Positions 1-9,268 of a stretch of DNA of 31,196 nucleotides are shown here, one piece after another. This DNA comes from Candidatus Methylomirabilia bacterium (GTDB lineage Bacteria > Methylomirabilota > Methylomirabilia > Rokubacteriales > CSP1-6): the NCBI GenBank assembly GCA_041496385.1, contig JBGQEL010000045.1:1-31196 (forward strand). Direction: 5' to 3'. Below the pieces are notes generated by a model. The model did no database searches. It had not been told where the DNA came from and saw only the letters and a program-made list of their open reading frames with translations. The position numbers and the translations under genes are program-made. Numbering within the stretch: position 1 is the first letter of the stretch; every line of letters begins with the position of its first letter.

Positions 1-263
1 AGCGACTTGGCGAGCAGCCCGGGATTGCGGTACGCGACGCAGTAGACGCCGCTGCCCAGTCGGATGCGCTGCGTGTCCATGGCGGCCGCGGTCAGGGTCG
101 CGATCGCCTCGTAGCAGTGCATGTCTCCCCCGCGCGGTGGCGATTCCTGAAAGTGGTCCGACACCGAGAACCAGTCGAAGCCCTTGGCGTCGGCGAACTT
201 CCACAGCTTGCGCATCTCGCCGAGCGGACCGCCCATGTGACCGATGTGGATCCCGAACTTCAT
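1..263 (-). CDS. LLM-class (luciferase-like, flavin/F420-dependent) oxidoreductase, N-terminal part; runs off the window edge
   Basis: Not in the ORF track. Manual translation from ATG at 263: MKFGIHIGHMGG...AKGFDWFSVSDHF...EAIATLTAAAMDTQRIRLGSGVYCVAYRNPGLLAKS, with LLM motifs GFD-x5-DH and R-x-P-x2-LAK. AAGGAG RBS at 276-271. Confidence 0.85.
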   Translation of the reverse strand, partial: MKFGIHIGHMGGPLGEMRKLWKFADAKGFDWFSVSDHFQESPPRGGDMHCYEAIATLTAAAMDTQRIRLGSGVYCVAYRNPGLLAKS

Positions 264-306
264 GTCTTTTCTCCTTGGGAGCGCTCGATCGGGATCAACG
301 CCGACA

Positions 307-2658
307 TCATCCGAGCTCCCGTATCCGGGCCGCCGTGTAGCCCAGGAGCCCTCCGAGCACGGCCTCGTTGTCGGATCCGGGTTGGCGCGACCAGCCGGCC
401 ACCCGGCCCGGGGGGCGCGAGAGCGACGGCACGATCCCCTGCGTGACGATCTCGCCCATCTCCGGATGGGCGAGCCGCAGCAGATCGCCGCGGCTCCAGC
501 AATGCGGCTCGCGGACGAGGTCGGCCACCGAGTTGACCGCGCTCGCGGCGAGCCCGGCTCCCCGCAGCGCGGACACCGCTTCGGCACCGGGCAGCGTGCC
601 GACCAGCTTGGCCACGTCCTCCCGGATCCCGTCGCGATCCGGGGGCGGCCGCCGGCCCAGGCGCGCGAGCGCGCCCGAGACGTCAGGCCAGGACGGGGCC
701 GATACCGCCACGAAGCGGCCGTCGGCGGCCTCGACGGTGACGCCGGCCGGATAGAGCGGCGAGTCGCCGCCGGCGCGCTCGCGCCGGATGCCAAGCGCGC
801 TGCGCACCGCCAGGAGATCACCGGTCAGCCGGAGCGCGGCCTGGAACATGGCGGTGTCCACCACCTGCCCCTGGCCGTCCACGTCGCGCCGCAGCAGCGC
901 CGCCATCATGCCCAGCACGTTGAAGAGCGCCGTCGTGTAATCGCCGGCCATGACCCCGTCGCGGAGCGGCGGCCGGTCCGGCCAGCCGTTCAGGTAGGTG
1001 ATCCCGCCGAAGGCCAGACCGACCGGGTTGAACGCGGCGCGCCCGGTGTACGGCCCGGTCTGCCCGAAGCCGGACGAGCGCAGGAGCACGAGCCCCGGGT
1101 TGACTGCGAGGAGCGTGGCCGGTGCGAGGTCCCAGCGCTCGAGCGTCCCGGGCCGGAAGTTCTCCACGATCACGTCGCTCACGCGCGCCAGGGCGAGGAA
1201 CGCCTCGCGGCCGCCGGGGGCGCGCACGTCGAGCGTGATGCTGCGCTTGTTGCGGTTGGTCACCACGAACCCCGGGCTCTTGCGGCCCTGCGCGTCCGCG
1301 GCCACGCTCGGCAGCTCGACCATGATCACGTCGGCGCCGAAGTCGCCGAGCAGGGCGGCGGCGGCCGGGCCCGCCAGCCACTGCGAGAGGTCGAGCACGC
1401 GGAGCCCGCGCAGGGGGCCCCACCCGGGAACCGCCCCGGATGCCGGCGGCCCCTGCGCCTCGACTCGCGCCCGGGCCTCGATCCGCTCGATGGCCGACCG
1501 CACGGCCTCGGTGTGCTCGCCGAGCCTCGGGGCACGCCGCGGGCTCGGGACCGGCGTCCGCGTGAGCAGCGGCACCGGCGCGGGGGCGAGGAACTCCCGG
1601 CCCGTCGCAGACGTGAGGTGCAGGATGGCCTCGCGCGCCTTCACGTGCGCGTCCGCGATGATGTCGTCCGCGGAGCGCACCGCGGTGCCGGCCACGCCGA
1701 CCTTCGCGAAGCGGGCCTCGACGTCGGCGTGGTCGTGCCGGGCGATCCAGGAGCCCACCAGCTCGTCGGAGGCCGGCCGGTTCAGGAGACGCGCGGCGGG
1801 GGTGGCAAAGCGCGGGTCCTTCGGCGCGTCGGGGGCCTCGATCGCCTCGCAGAGGCGGGCGAAGGGCTGGTCGCCCGCGCCGGAGACCGCGATCCATCCG
1901 CCGTCCCGCGTCCGGTACACGTTCGCGGGGACCACGATGGGCGACTCGGTGCCGAGGCGCTCGGCCACCGCCCCGGTCCGATCGTGGCGAACGACGACCT
2001 CTTCCTGCATCCGCAGCGCCGTCTGGTAGAGGCCGAGGTCCACGACCTGGCCGCGGCCGCTGCGCCGGGCGTGGAAGATCGCCATCAGCAGCCCGCTCGC
2101 GCCGTGGATGGCGGTCCAGCTCTCGGCCAGCGGCACCGTGACCGGCAGCGGCGCGCGGTCCGGGAACCCGGTCACGAACTGCACGCCGGAGAAGGCCTGG
2201 GCGATGCGGTCGTCGCCACGCTCGCCGGCCAGCGGCCCGGTCTGCCCGAACGGCGAGATGCGCAGCGTGACGAGCCGCGGGTTGCGGCGCTCGAGCTCCT
2301 CCGGCGCCAGCCCGGCCGCCTCGAGGCGGCCCGGGCCCAGATCCTCGACCAGCGCATCGGCGGTGGCCAGCAACCGCACCAGCCACGGGTCCGTCGAGAG
2401 CTCCCCCAGCTCGGCCTGCACGGAGTGCTTGCCGCGGTTCTCCGACTGGAAGGCGAGCGAATCCTCCCCGTCGAGGCCGGGCCCTCGCTGCCGCATCGGC
2501 GAGCCGCCGCGCGGCTCGATCTTGACGACGGTGGCCCCGAGATCGGCGAGGAGCCCGCCGGCCAGCTCGCCGGCCGGGGTCCCGGCCAGCTCCACGATCA
2601 CGACCCCGGCGAGCGCGCCGCCGCGGCCGCCGTCCGGAAGACCGAGCGCCTCGGTCAT
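307..2658 (-). CDS. Tandem (two-domain) CaiB/BaiF family III CoA-transferase
   Basis: Two repeats of the fold: ALAGVVIVEL...LADLGATVVKIE...NRGKHS and PLRGLRVLDLSQWLAGP...LGDFGADVI...NRNKRSITLD...DVIVENFRPG...SGFGQTGPY. Confidence 0.9.
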   Translation of the reverse strand: MTEALGLPDGGRGGALAGVVIVELAGTPAGELAGGLLADLGATVVKIEPRGGSPMRQRGPGLDGEDSLAFQSENRGKHSVQAELGELSTDPWLVRLLATADALVEDLGPGRLEAAGLAPEELERRNPRLVTLRISPFGQTGPLAGERGDDRIAQAFSGVQFVTGFPDRAPLPVTVPLAESWTAIHGASGLLMAIFHARRSGRGQVVDLGLYQTALRMQEEVVVRHDRTGAVAERLGTESPIVVPANVYRTRDGGWIAVSGAGDQPFARLCEAIEAPDAPKDPRFATPAARLLNRPASDELVGSWIARHDHADVEARFAKVGVAGTAVRSADDIIADAHVKAREAILHLTSATGREFLAPAPVPLLTRTPVPSPRRAPRLGEHTEAVRSAIERIEARARVEAQGPPASGAVPGWGPLRGLRVLDLSQWLAGPAAAALLGDFGADVIMVELPSVAADAQGRKSPGFVVTNRNKRSITLDVRAPGGREAFLALARVSDVIVENFRPGTLERWDLAPATLLAVNPGLVLLRSSGFGQTGPYTGRAAFNPVGLAFGGITYLNGWPDRPPLRDGVMAGDYTTALFNVLGMMAALLRRDVDGQGQVVDTAMFQAALRLTGDLLAVRSALGIRRERAGGDSPLYPAGVTVEAADGRFVAVSAPSWPDVSGALARLGRRPPPDRDGIREDVAKLVGTLPGAEAVSALRGAGLAASAVNSVADLVREPHCWSRGDLLRLAHPEMGEIVTQGIVPSLSRPPGRVAGWSRQPGSDNEAVLGGLLGYTAARIRELG

Positions 2659-2665
2659 GACCGGC

Positions 2666-3553
2666 TCAGCTCAGCCCGAAGACGCGGGCCGCGTTGCCGT
2701 AGAGCCACTTCTCCTTGACCGTGTCCTTCAGCGGCAGCCCGAGATACTCCTGGATCAGCGTCTCGTACGGCTGGCCGACCAGCCCGGCCGAGAGGCCCAC
2801 CATCACCTTGTCCTGGATCAAGGTGTTGCCGAACTGGATCAGCATCTCCCAGCCCGAGCCCGGCTGGCCCAGGTAGCGCGCGCGATGCGCGGAGGTGTCG
2901 AGGTGCAGGTTCGGATGCCGGCGCACCAGCGCGACCATCTCGTTCACCCACGGCCAGCCGCCGAGCCCGCCGATGATCTTGAGCTCGGGGAAGTCCATCG
3001 CCACCTGGTCGAGGTTGCGCGGGTGGCCCAGGTCGTAGGGCCGGTCGTTGGCGTAGTTCATCGAGGAGTAGATGCGCACCGGGATGCCCAGCTCGGCCGC
3101 CTTGGTATAGAGCGGATAGTAGCGGCGGTCGCTCGCGGGGATGCAGTCCACGAGCGCGGAGATGCCGAGGGCGCTGAAGCCCTCGTCGCGCACCAGGCGC
3201 TCCAGCTCGCGTACCCCGCTCATGCCCTTGTGCTCGAGGATGCTGATGCGGGCCAGCCCGATGAAGCGGCCGGGGAACCGCCGCATGAGCTCCGTCGTCT
3301 CCGAGTTGGGCAGGCCGAACGGCACCGAGCGCACGATGCCGAGCGTGGCGAGATGCTTCATGTAGGCGTCCAGATCTCCCGCCGGCCGATGGTCGGCCCC
3401 CTCGCGGCGGGAGCGGAAGATCCGCCCGTAGTTGGCCATGCCGTAGCCGGGCTGTGCGGGAGCCCCGGCCGCGGCCGGCTCCGGCTCCGCGGGCTTGGCC
3501 ACCGCGTTCGCCCCGTACGGCACGCTGCACTCCATGTCGATGATCCGTGGCAT
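2666..3553 (-). CDS. Amidohydrolase_2-family (TIM barrel) protein with non-canonical metal-site residues
   Basis: DRRYYPLYTKAAELGIPV, VAMDFPELKII, HPNLHLDTS and KEKWLYGNAARVF are typical of this family; 7 bp from the CoA-transferase start. Confidence 0.8.
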   Translation of the reverse strand: MPRIIDMECSVPYGANAVAKPAEPEPAAAGAPAQPGYGMANYGRIFRSRREGADHRPAGDLDAYMKHLATLGIVRSVPFGLPNSETTELMRRFPGRFIGLARISILEHKGMSGVRELERLVRDEGFSALGISALVDCIPASDRRYYPLYTKAAELGIPVRIYSSMNYANDRPYDLGHPRNLDQVAMDFPELKIIGGLGGWPWVNEMVALVRRHPNLHLDTSAHRARYLGQPGSGWEMLIQFGNTLIQDKVMVGLSAGLVGQPYETLIQEYLGLPLKDTVKEKWLYGNAARVFGLS

Positions 3554-3595
3554 TCGATCGCTCCTCGTGGATAACGGTGATCACGCTCGTTCTGC

Positions 3596-4513
3596 TCAGG
3601 ACCATTCGGCCGGGGGCCGGTCCAGCGCCGCGCGATCCCACCGCGCCAGCGTGGCCGCCCGGTCGTACGCGTTCTGGTAGAACTCCAGCACGGCCACGTC
3701 CGGCGACGGCGCTCCGCGCACGGCTTCATAGGGGAGAATGAAATTAGCCAGCGGTCGCTCGTAGTACGCCCCGGCGGGCGAGATGGCGGTATCGCCCAGG
3801 CCCGGAGGCTCGGGGCGCGCGTACGCGTAGAACGCGGGTTCCCGTACCGCGCCGCTTCCGAACCAGAATCCGAGACTGATCTCCTCGTGGGAGTTCGCCT
3901 CCCGGATGACCCACCACTCGCTCGCGTCCTTCTCGGGCGCCCGCCGGCCGGAGAATCGGGTGAGCGCGAGATCGGGGGCGCCCCAGAAGAAATGCACCGG
4001 GCTCGACTTGCCCAGGAAGCGCCCCGCGAAGCGCTTGAGGATCCGATCGGCGTGCGCCAGCATCCGGAAGAAGCGCTGGGCCTGGCCGGGCTCGTACGAC
4101 GCGTGCGTCCGATCCTCGGCAAACGGGATCGGATGGTCCACCTCGACGGGGACGGGCCACATCTTCACGGGGACCCCGAGCTCGCTCAGCAGGCCCTGGT
4201 ACTCCCGGTAGAACTCGGCGACCGCCTGGGGCCGCAGCGGCGCCGCCCGGCTCGCCCCGTCGCTCGTCTCGAGCACGAGCCGGTGGTCGACGAAGTCGAA
4301 CTCGACCGTGAGCGTTCGCAACCCGTACGGCATCGGAGTCGTCGTCAGCCCGCGCGAGGTCAGATACAGCGGGACGTTCCACCAGTGGTTCTGCCGGGGC
4401 GTGAGCGCGAGCCGCGTCTTGCCGACGACCTGCATCCACATGTGCAGCGTGTCGTGGGTCGCCTGCCACTCCGCCAGCGGCAGGCTGGGCCACGGAGCCT
4501 CCCCCGGGTTCAT
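3596..4513 (-). CDS. DUF5996-like conserved hypothetical protein
   Basis: WPSLP...TLHMWMQVVGK...NHWWNVPLY, F-x-GKSSPVHFFWG-x2-DLA-x-TRFSGR and SHEEISLGFW match the family as I recall it. Confidence 0.75.
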   Translation of the reverse strand: MNPGEAPWPSLPLAEWQATHDTLHMWMQVVGKTRLALTPRQNHWWNVPLYLTSRGLTTTPMPYGLRTLTVEFDFVDHRLVLETSDGASRAAPLRPQAVAEFYREYQGLLSELGVPVKMWPVPVEVDHPIPFAEDRTHASYEPGQAQRFFRMLAHADRILKRFAGRFLGKSSPVHFFWGAPDLALTRFSGRRAPEKDASEWWVIREANSHEEISLGFWFGSGAVREPAFYAYARPEPPGLGDTAISPAGAYYERPLANFILPYEAVRGAPSPDVAVLEFYQNAYDRAATLARWDRAALDRPPAEWS

Positions 4514-4528
4514 GGATGCCTGGTGGCT

Positions 4529-4750
4529 CTACTTCTTTTCCTGGGCGACGGCCGCCTCCGCGGCCTGGAAGCCGATCTTGCTATGGGTCCCGTCGCAGAA
4601 GGGCTTGGTGACCGACGCGCCACACCGGCACAGCGCGATCCGCGGTCCCCGTGCGCTCGTGTCGACCTTGTTGCCGTCGACATCCACCAGCTCGATCTCG
4701 CCTTCCACCAGATACGGGCCGTTGGGCCGGATGGTCACCTTGACGGGCAT
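4529..4750 (-). CDS. CDGSH iron-sulfur domain protein ([2Fe-2S], 3Cys-1His)
   Basis: NGPYLV...ALCRCGAS-x2-KPFCDGTH; GAGGAGG RBS upstream. Confidence 0.93.
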   Translation of the reverse strand: MPVKVTIRPNGPYLVEGEIELVDVDGNKVDTSARGPRIALCRCGASVTKPFCDGTHSKIGFQAAEAAVAQEKK

Positions 4751-4812
4751 CGATGCACCTCCTCAGGGATGGGTGAACTCGTGCCGGATACAGTACCGCG
4801 ATCAGGCCCACC

Positions 4813-4841
4813 TTGACAGTGCCCCGCAGTCAACGCAGTAT
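4813..4841 (+). promoter_or_regulatory. Possible sigma70 -35 element (TTGACA) within a TTGAC-N11-GTCAA inverted repeat, in the divergent intergenic region
   Basis: TTGACA at 4813-4818 and GTCAA at 4829-4833; only a weak -10 (CAGTAT, 4836-4841) at 17-nt spacing. Confidence 0.3.
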
Positions 4842-4860
4842 CCCGTCGGAGGAGACCCCC

Positions 4861-6360
4861 GTGCGCGCAATCCTGACCGCCCTGACCGCCATCCTGCTGC
4901 TCCTGCCCTGCTCCGCCCAGGCCCAGAGCGTGCTCCGCATCGGGCTCAACGACGACCCGGACGCGCTCGACCCGACGATCAGCCGCGCCTACACCGGCCG
5001 CCTGGTCTTCGCCGCGCTCTGCGACAAGCTCTTCGACGTCACGCCCGATCTCAAGATCGTGCCCCAGCTGGCCACCGGCTTCGAGTGGGCGGCCGACCGC
5101 AAGTCGATCGTGATCAAGCTCCGGCCCGGCGTCCGCTTCCAGGATGGCGAGCCGTTCAACGCGGAGGCGGTGCGCTTCAACATCGAGCGGCACCAGACCA
5201 CACCGGGGTCGTTCCGCAAGTCGGAGATCGGCGAGATCCAGAGCGTGGACGTGGTCAACGACCTCACCGTGCGGCTCAACCTCTCCCAGCCGCTCGTGCC
5301 GCTGCTGGCCGCCCTCACCGACCGCGCGGGCATGATGGTCTCGCCCAAGGCGGCGCGGGCGCTCGGCGACAAGCTCGGCACCCAGCCGGTCTGCGCCGGC
5401 CCGTACCGGTTCGTGCAGCGGGTGGCCCAGGGCAAGATCGTGGTCGAGCGCGTCGCCGACTACTGGGACAAGGCGAGCTTCGCGGTCGACCGCATCGAGT
5501 TCGTGCCCATCACCGACTCGACCTCGCGCCTGGCCAGCCTGCGCTCGGGCGATCTGCACATGATCGAGCGCGTGTCGCCCACCGATCTGGCCGAGATCCG
5601 CGGCGACGCCAAGCTCAAGGTCGTCGGCGTGCCCGAGCTCGGCTACCAGATGATCCCGTTGAACGTCGCCAACGGCCCCAAGAGCAAGGCGCTCGCCGAC
5701 GCCCGGGTGCGGCGGGCGATCGAGCTCGCGATCGACCGCGACACGCTCATCCAGACCGTGTTCGCGGGCGAGTACATCCCGGGCAACCAGTTCGTCAGCC
5801 CGGCCAGCCCCTTCTACAACGCCAAGGTGCCGGTCGCCAAGCGCGACGTGGCCCGGGCCCGACAGCTCCTGCGCGAGGCCGGCCAGCCGTCGCTGGCCTT
5901 CACGCTGATCGTGCCCCCGGAGCGCGATCGGCAGGAGGCGGCGCTGATCCTGCAAGCCATGCTGGCGGAGGCCGGCATCACGATGACGATCCAGTCCCAG
6001 GAGAACGTCACGATGCTGCAGGCGGGCCGGCGCGGCGACTTCGAGGCCTACTTCACCTTCTGGAGCGGCCGGCCCGACCCCGACGGCAACATCTTCAGCT
6101 TCACGACGTGCAAGGGCGCCCAGAACGACAGCCACTACTGCAATCCCGAGGTGGACGCGCTGCTGACCCGGGCCCGCCAGGTGGCCGACCCGGGCGAGCG
6201 CAAGAAGCTCTACGACCAGGCCACCGAGCTCATCCAGCGCGACGTCCCGCGGCTGATCCTCTGGCACCGGCGCGTGTTCACCGGCCTGAGCGCCAAGATT
6301 CAGGGCTTCACCCCTTATCCCGACGGGATCATCCGCTTCAGGGGCCTCCGGCTGAACTGA
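4861..6360 (+). CDS. ABC transporter substrate-binding protein, family 5 (Dpp/Opp/Nik-like)
   Basis: Signal peptide ending AQA; LDP, LRPGVRFQDGEPFNAEAV and AGPYRF motifs. GTG start at 4861 after a GGAGGAG RBS. Confidence 0.92.
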   Translation: MRAILTALTAILLLLPCSAQAQSVLRIGLNDDPDALDPTISRAYTGRLVFAALCDKLFDVTPDLKIVPQLATGFEWAADRKSIVIKLRPGVRFQDGEPFNAEAVRFNIERHQTTPGSFRKSEIGEIQSVDVVNDLTVRLNLSQPLVPLLAALTDRAGMMVSPKAARALGDKLGTQPVCAGPYRFVQRVAQGKIVVERVADYWDKASFAVDRIEFVPITDSTSRLASLRSGDLHMIERVSPTDLAEIRGDAKLKVVGVPELGYQMIPLNVANGPKSKALADARVRRAIELAIDRDTLIQTVFAGEYIPGNQFVSPASPFYNAKVPVAKRDVARARQLLREAGQPSLAFTLIVPPERDRQEAALILQAMLAEAGITMTIQSQENVTMLQAGRRGDFEAYFTFWSGRPDPDGNIFSFTTCKGAQNDSHYCNPEVDALLTRARQVADPGERKKLYDQATELIQRDVPRLILWHRRVFTGLSAKIQGFTPYPDGIIRFRGLRLN

Positions 6361-6367
6361 GGCGGCA

Positions 6368-7321
6368 TTGGCGCTCTGGCTCTACGTCGCGCGCCGCCTC
6401 GCGGTGCTGGTGCCGACGCTCTTCTTCGTCTCGGTGCTGATCTTCTCGCTCCAGCAGCTCCTGCCCGGCGACGCGGCAGTGGCGCTGGCGGGCGAGGAGA
6501 ACGACCCCGCCGCGGTCGCGGCCATCCGGGCGCGCTACCACCTCGACCGGCCGATCCCGGTGCAGTACGGCCTCTGGCTCGGGCGGGTGCTGCAGGGCGA
6601 CTTCGGCGAGTCGCTGCGCAGCCGCATCCCGGTGCGCGAGCTGCTCGCCTCGAAGCTGCCGGTCACCATCGAGCTGGCGCTCTGCTCGATGGCCATCGCG
6701 CTCCTGATCGGCATCCCGGCCGGCATCGTCTCCGCGGTGCGCAAGGGCACCGTGGTGGATGCCGCCGCCAACCTCCTGGCGCTCTCCGGGCTCTCGGTGC
6801 CGCACTTCTGGCTCGGCATCATGCTGATCCTGCTCTTCGCGGTGCGCCTGGGCTGGCTGCCCGCCTCGGGCTACGTGACGCCGTGGGAGGACCTCGGCCG
6901 GAACCTGACCACCATCCTGCTGCCCTCGTTCGTCCTCGGCACCGGGGTGGCCGGCGTCATGATGCGCCACACCCGCAGCGCCATGCTCCAGACCCTGGGC
7001 GCCGACTACGTGCGCACCGCGCGGTCCAAGAGCGTGCCCGAGCGGCTGGTGGTGCTGAAGCACGCGCTCCGCAACGCGCTGATCCCGATCATCACCCTCG
7101 GCGCGATCGAGTTCGGGCGCCTCCTGTCGGGCGCGGTGCTCACCGAGCAGGTCTTCGCCATCCCCGGCTTCGGCAAGCTGCTGGTCGACGGCGTGTTCAA
7201 CCGCGATTACGCCGTGGTGCAGGCCGTCGTGCTCGTCTCGGCCGGCCTCTACGTGTTGCTGAACCTGGGCGCGGACATCCTCTACTTCCTCGCGAACCCG
7301 CGCCTGCGGGGCTCCACGTGA
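6368..7321 (+). CDS. ABC transporter permease (DppB/OppB-like)
   Basis: LPGD, GDFGES, EAA-loop DYVRTARSKS, HALRNAL, TEQVFAIPG-x-G and RDY motifs. Confidence 0.92.
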   Translation: MALWLYVARRLAVLVPTLFFVSVLIFSLQQLLPGDAAVALAGEENDPAAVAAIRARYHLDRPIPVQYGLWLGRVLQGDFGESLRSRIPVRELLASKLPVTIELALCSMAIALLIGIPAGIVSAVRKGTVVDAAANLLALSGLSVPHFWLGIMLILLFAVRLGWLPASGYVTPWEDLGRNLTTILLPSFVLGTGVAGVMMRHTRSAMLQTLGADYVRTARSKSVPERLVVLKHALRNALIPIITLGAIEFGRLLSGAVLTEQVFAIPGFGKLLVDGVFNRDYAVVQAVVLVSAGLYVLLNLGADILYFLANPRLRGST

Positions 7322-8196
7322 GCGCGACCCCGGTCGTCTTCGCCGCGCCCGCGGTGGCGGTGGGCCGGCGCTACAAGGCGGCGCGCCAGCTCGCGCGCCG
7401 GCCCGCCGCCATGATCGCGCTCGCGGTCGTCCTCGGCTTCGTCCTGGTGGCGCTGGCGGCCCCACAGCTCGCGCCGTTCGACCCCACCGCGATCGACTAC
7501 CGCGCGATCCGGAAAGCCCCCTCCGCGGCGCACCCGCTCGGCACCGACGAGGTGGGCCGCGACGTGCTGTCCCGCCTGCTCTGGGGCGCGCGCGCCTCCC
7601 TGCTGGCCGGCGTCATCCCGGTCACCATCGCGGTGGCGCTCAGCGTCCCGCTCGGCCTCCTCTCGGGCTACCTCGGAGGCTGGGTCGACGGGCTTATAAT
7701 GCGCATCAACGACGCCATGCTCTCGATCCCGTTCCTCATCGTGGCCATCGCGCTGGCCGCCTTTCTCGGCCCGGGGCTCGGCAACGCCATGATCGCGATC
7801 GGGATCGCGGCCCTGCCCACCTTCGTCCGGCTGGTGCGCGGCACCGTGCTCGCGATCAAGACCGAGGAATACGTCGAGGCGGCGCAGGCGCTCGGCTGCT
7901 CGCGCCGGCGCGTCGCGCTCCGTCACATCCTGCCCAACACGCTGCCGGCGCTCTTCATCCAGGTGAGCATCACGGTGGCCGCGGCCATCATCGCCGAGGC
8001 GAGCCTCTCGTTCCTGGGCCTGGGCCAGCAACCGCCCGCGCCGTCGTGGGGCAGCATGCTCAACGCGGCCCAGCGCTACCTCTCGCAGGCGCCCTGGATG
8101 GCGCTCTACCCGGGCCTGATGATCTTCGGGATCGTCATGGCTCTCAACGTCCTGGGCGACGGCCTGCGCGACGCCCTCGATCCGCGATACCAGTAG
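7318..8196 (+). CDS. ABC transporter permease (DppC/OppC-like)
   Basis: HPLGTDEVGRDVLSRLLWGARASL, EYVEAAQALG, EASLSFLGLG and GDGLRDALDPR; GTGA start/stop overlap with the upstream permease. Confidence 0.92.
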   Translation: MSATPVVFAAPAVAVGRRYKAARQLARRPAAMIALAVVLGFVLVALAAPQLAPFDPTAIDYRAIRKAPSAAHPLGTDEVGRDVLSRLLWGARASLLAGVIPVTIAVALSVPLGLLSGYLGGWVDGLIMRINDAMLSIPFLIVAIALAAFLGPGLGNAMIAIGIAALPTFVRLVRGTVLAIKTEEYVEAAQALGCSRRRVALRHILPNTLPALFIQVSITVAAAIIAEASLSFLGLGQQPPAPSWGSMLNAAQRYLSQAPWMALYPGLMIFGIVMALNVLGDGLRDALDPRYQ

Positions 8197-8197
8197 C

Positions 8198-8221
8198 GCC
8201 ACCAAGTAAGCCACCAAGCAA
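8198..8221 (+). repeat. 12-bp tandem direct repeat GCCACCAAG(T/C)AA x2
   Basis: 8198-8209 GCCACCAAGTAA and 8210-8221 GCCACCAAGCAA, immediately before the RBS of the TauD-like gene. Confidence 0.6.
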
Positions 8222-8237
8222 GAAGGAGGCGAGACCC

Positions 8238-9263
8238 GTGAGCGACGTCTGCATGACCCCGATCATCAACCCCAGGGCCTGGCGGGGCGAGACGCTCGCC
8301 CGCGAGACCTCCTGGATCGTCACCCTGACCGAGGCCGAGATCGCGGACATCGACCGCGCGCTGGCCACCGCGAAGGCCTCGGGCGTCACGCTCGAGGGAA
8401 TCCAGCGCGAGCATTTCCCGCTCACCGTGATGCGCGGCCGGCTCGAGCAGGCGGTGGCCGAGATGTACGACGGCCGCGGGTTCGTCGTGCTGCGCGGGCT
8501 GCCGGTCCGCCGGTACACCGACGACGAGGTCGGCCTCATCTTCTGGGGCTTCGGCCGCTACATGGGCGCGCCGCTCTACCAGAATCCGCAAGGCGAGCTG
8601 CTCGGCCACGTCTACGACCACGGGCGGACCTACGGCAACATCGACGTGCGCGGCTACGAGACCAACGCCTACCTGCCGTACCACACCGACGCGGGCGACA
8701 TGGTGGGGCTCCTCTGCCTGCGCCGCTCGCTGGAGGGCGGACTCAGCAGCATCGTGAGCTCGGCGACGGTGCACAACGAGATCCTGGCCCGGCATCCCGA
8801 GTACCTCGGCCTCCTCTACAACGGCTACTACTACATCCGCCGCGAAGCGGCCCTGACCGAGCGCGGCGTCTCCGAGCGCCCGATCCCGGTGTTCGGCCAC
8901 CAGGACGGTGTCGTGAGCTGCCGCTACATCCGCAACCAGATCAACGCGGGGGCCGTGAAGCGCGAGGTGCCGCTGACCACCTTCGAGCGCGCGGCGCTCG
9001 ACTTCCTCGACGAGCAGACCCGGCGGCCCGACCTGCGCCTGGACATGGACCTGCAGGCGGGCGACATCCAGTTCATCAACAACTACACGATCCTCCACTC
9101 GCGCACCGGCTTCGTCGACGGCCCCGAGCCCGACCAGAAGCGACACATGCTGCGGCTCTGGCTCAAGTTCCCGAAGCCGTGGCCGCTCAGCGCCGAGTTC
9201 CCCGCGCACATGGGCTACAGGCCCGCGCAGGACACCCCCGTGCTGATCGAGGCCGAGGCCTGA
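8238..9263 (+). CDS. TauD/TfdA (clavaminate-synthase-like) Fe(II)/2-oxoglutarate dioxygenase
   Basis: GRGFVVLRGLP, H-T-D (LPYHTD), GDIQFINNYTILHSR and RHMLRLWL; AAGGAGG RBS before GTG at 8238. Confidence 0.9.
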   Translation: MSDVCMTPIINPRAWRGETLARETSWIVTLTEAEIADIDRALATAKASGVTLEGIQREHFPLTVMRGRLEQAVAEMYDGRGFVVLRGLPVRRYTDDEVGLIFWGFGRYMGAPLYQNPQGELLGHVYDHGRTYGNIDVRGYETNAYLPYHTDAGDMVGLLCLRRSLEGGLSSIVSSATVHNEILARHPEYLGLLYNGYYYIRREAALTERGVSERPIPVFGHQDGVVSCRYIRNQINAGAVKREVPLTTFERAALDFLDEQTRRPDLRLDMDLQAGDIQFINNYTILHSRTGFVDGPEPDQKRHMLRLWLKFPKPWPLSAEFPAHMGYRPAQDTPVLIEAEA

Positions 9264-9268
9264 GCACG

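Noticed and set aside
244..2718. 824-aa plus-strand ORF and similar long shadow ORFs (e.g. 4735..6267 -, 23006..25324 -, 23227..25860 +, 25629..27845 -)
   Set aside because: Antisense or off-frame shadows of well-supported genes. The Arg/Gly/Ala/Pro-rich translations lack motifs, as expected in high-GC DNA.
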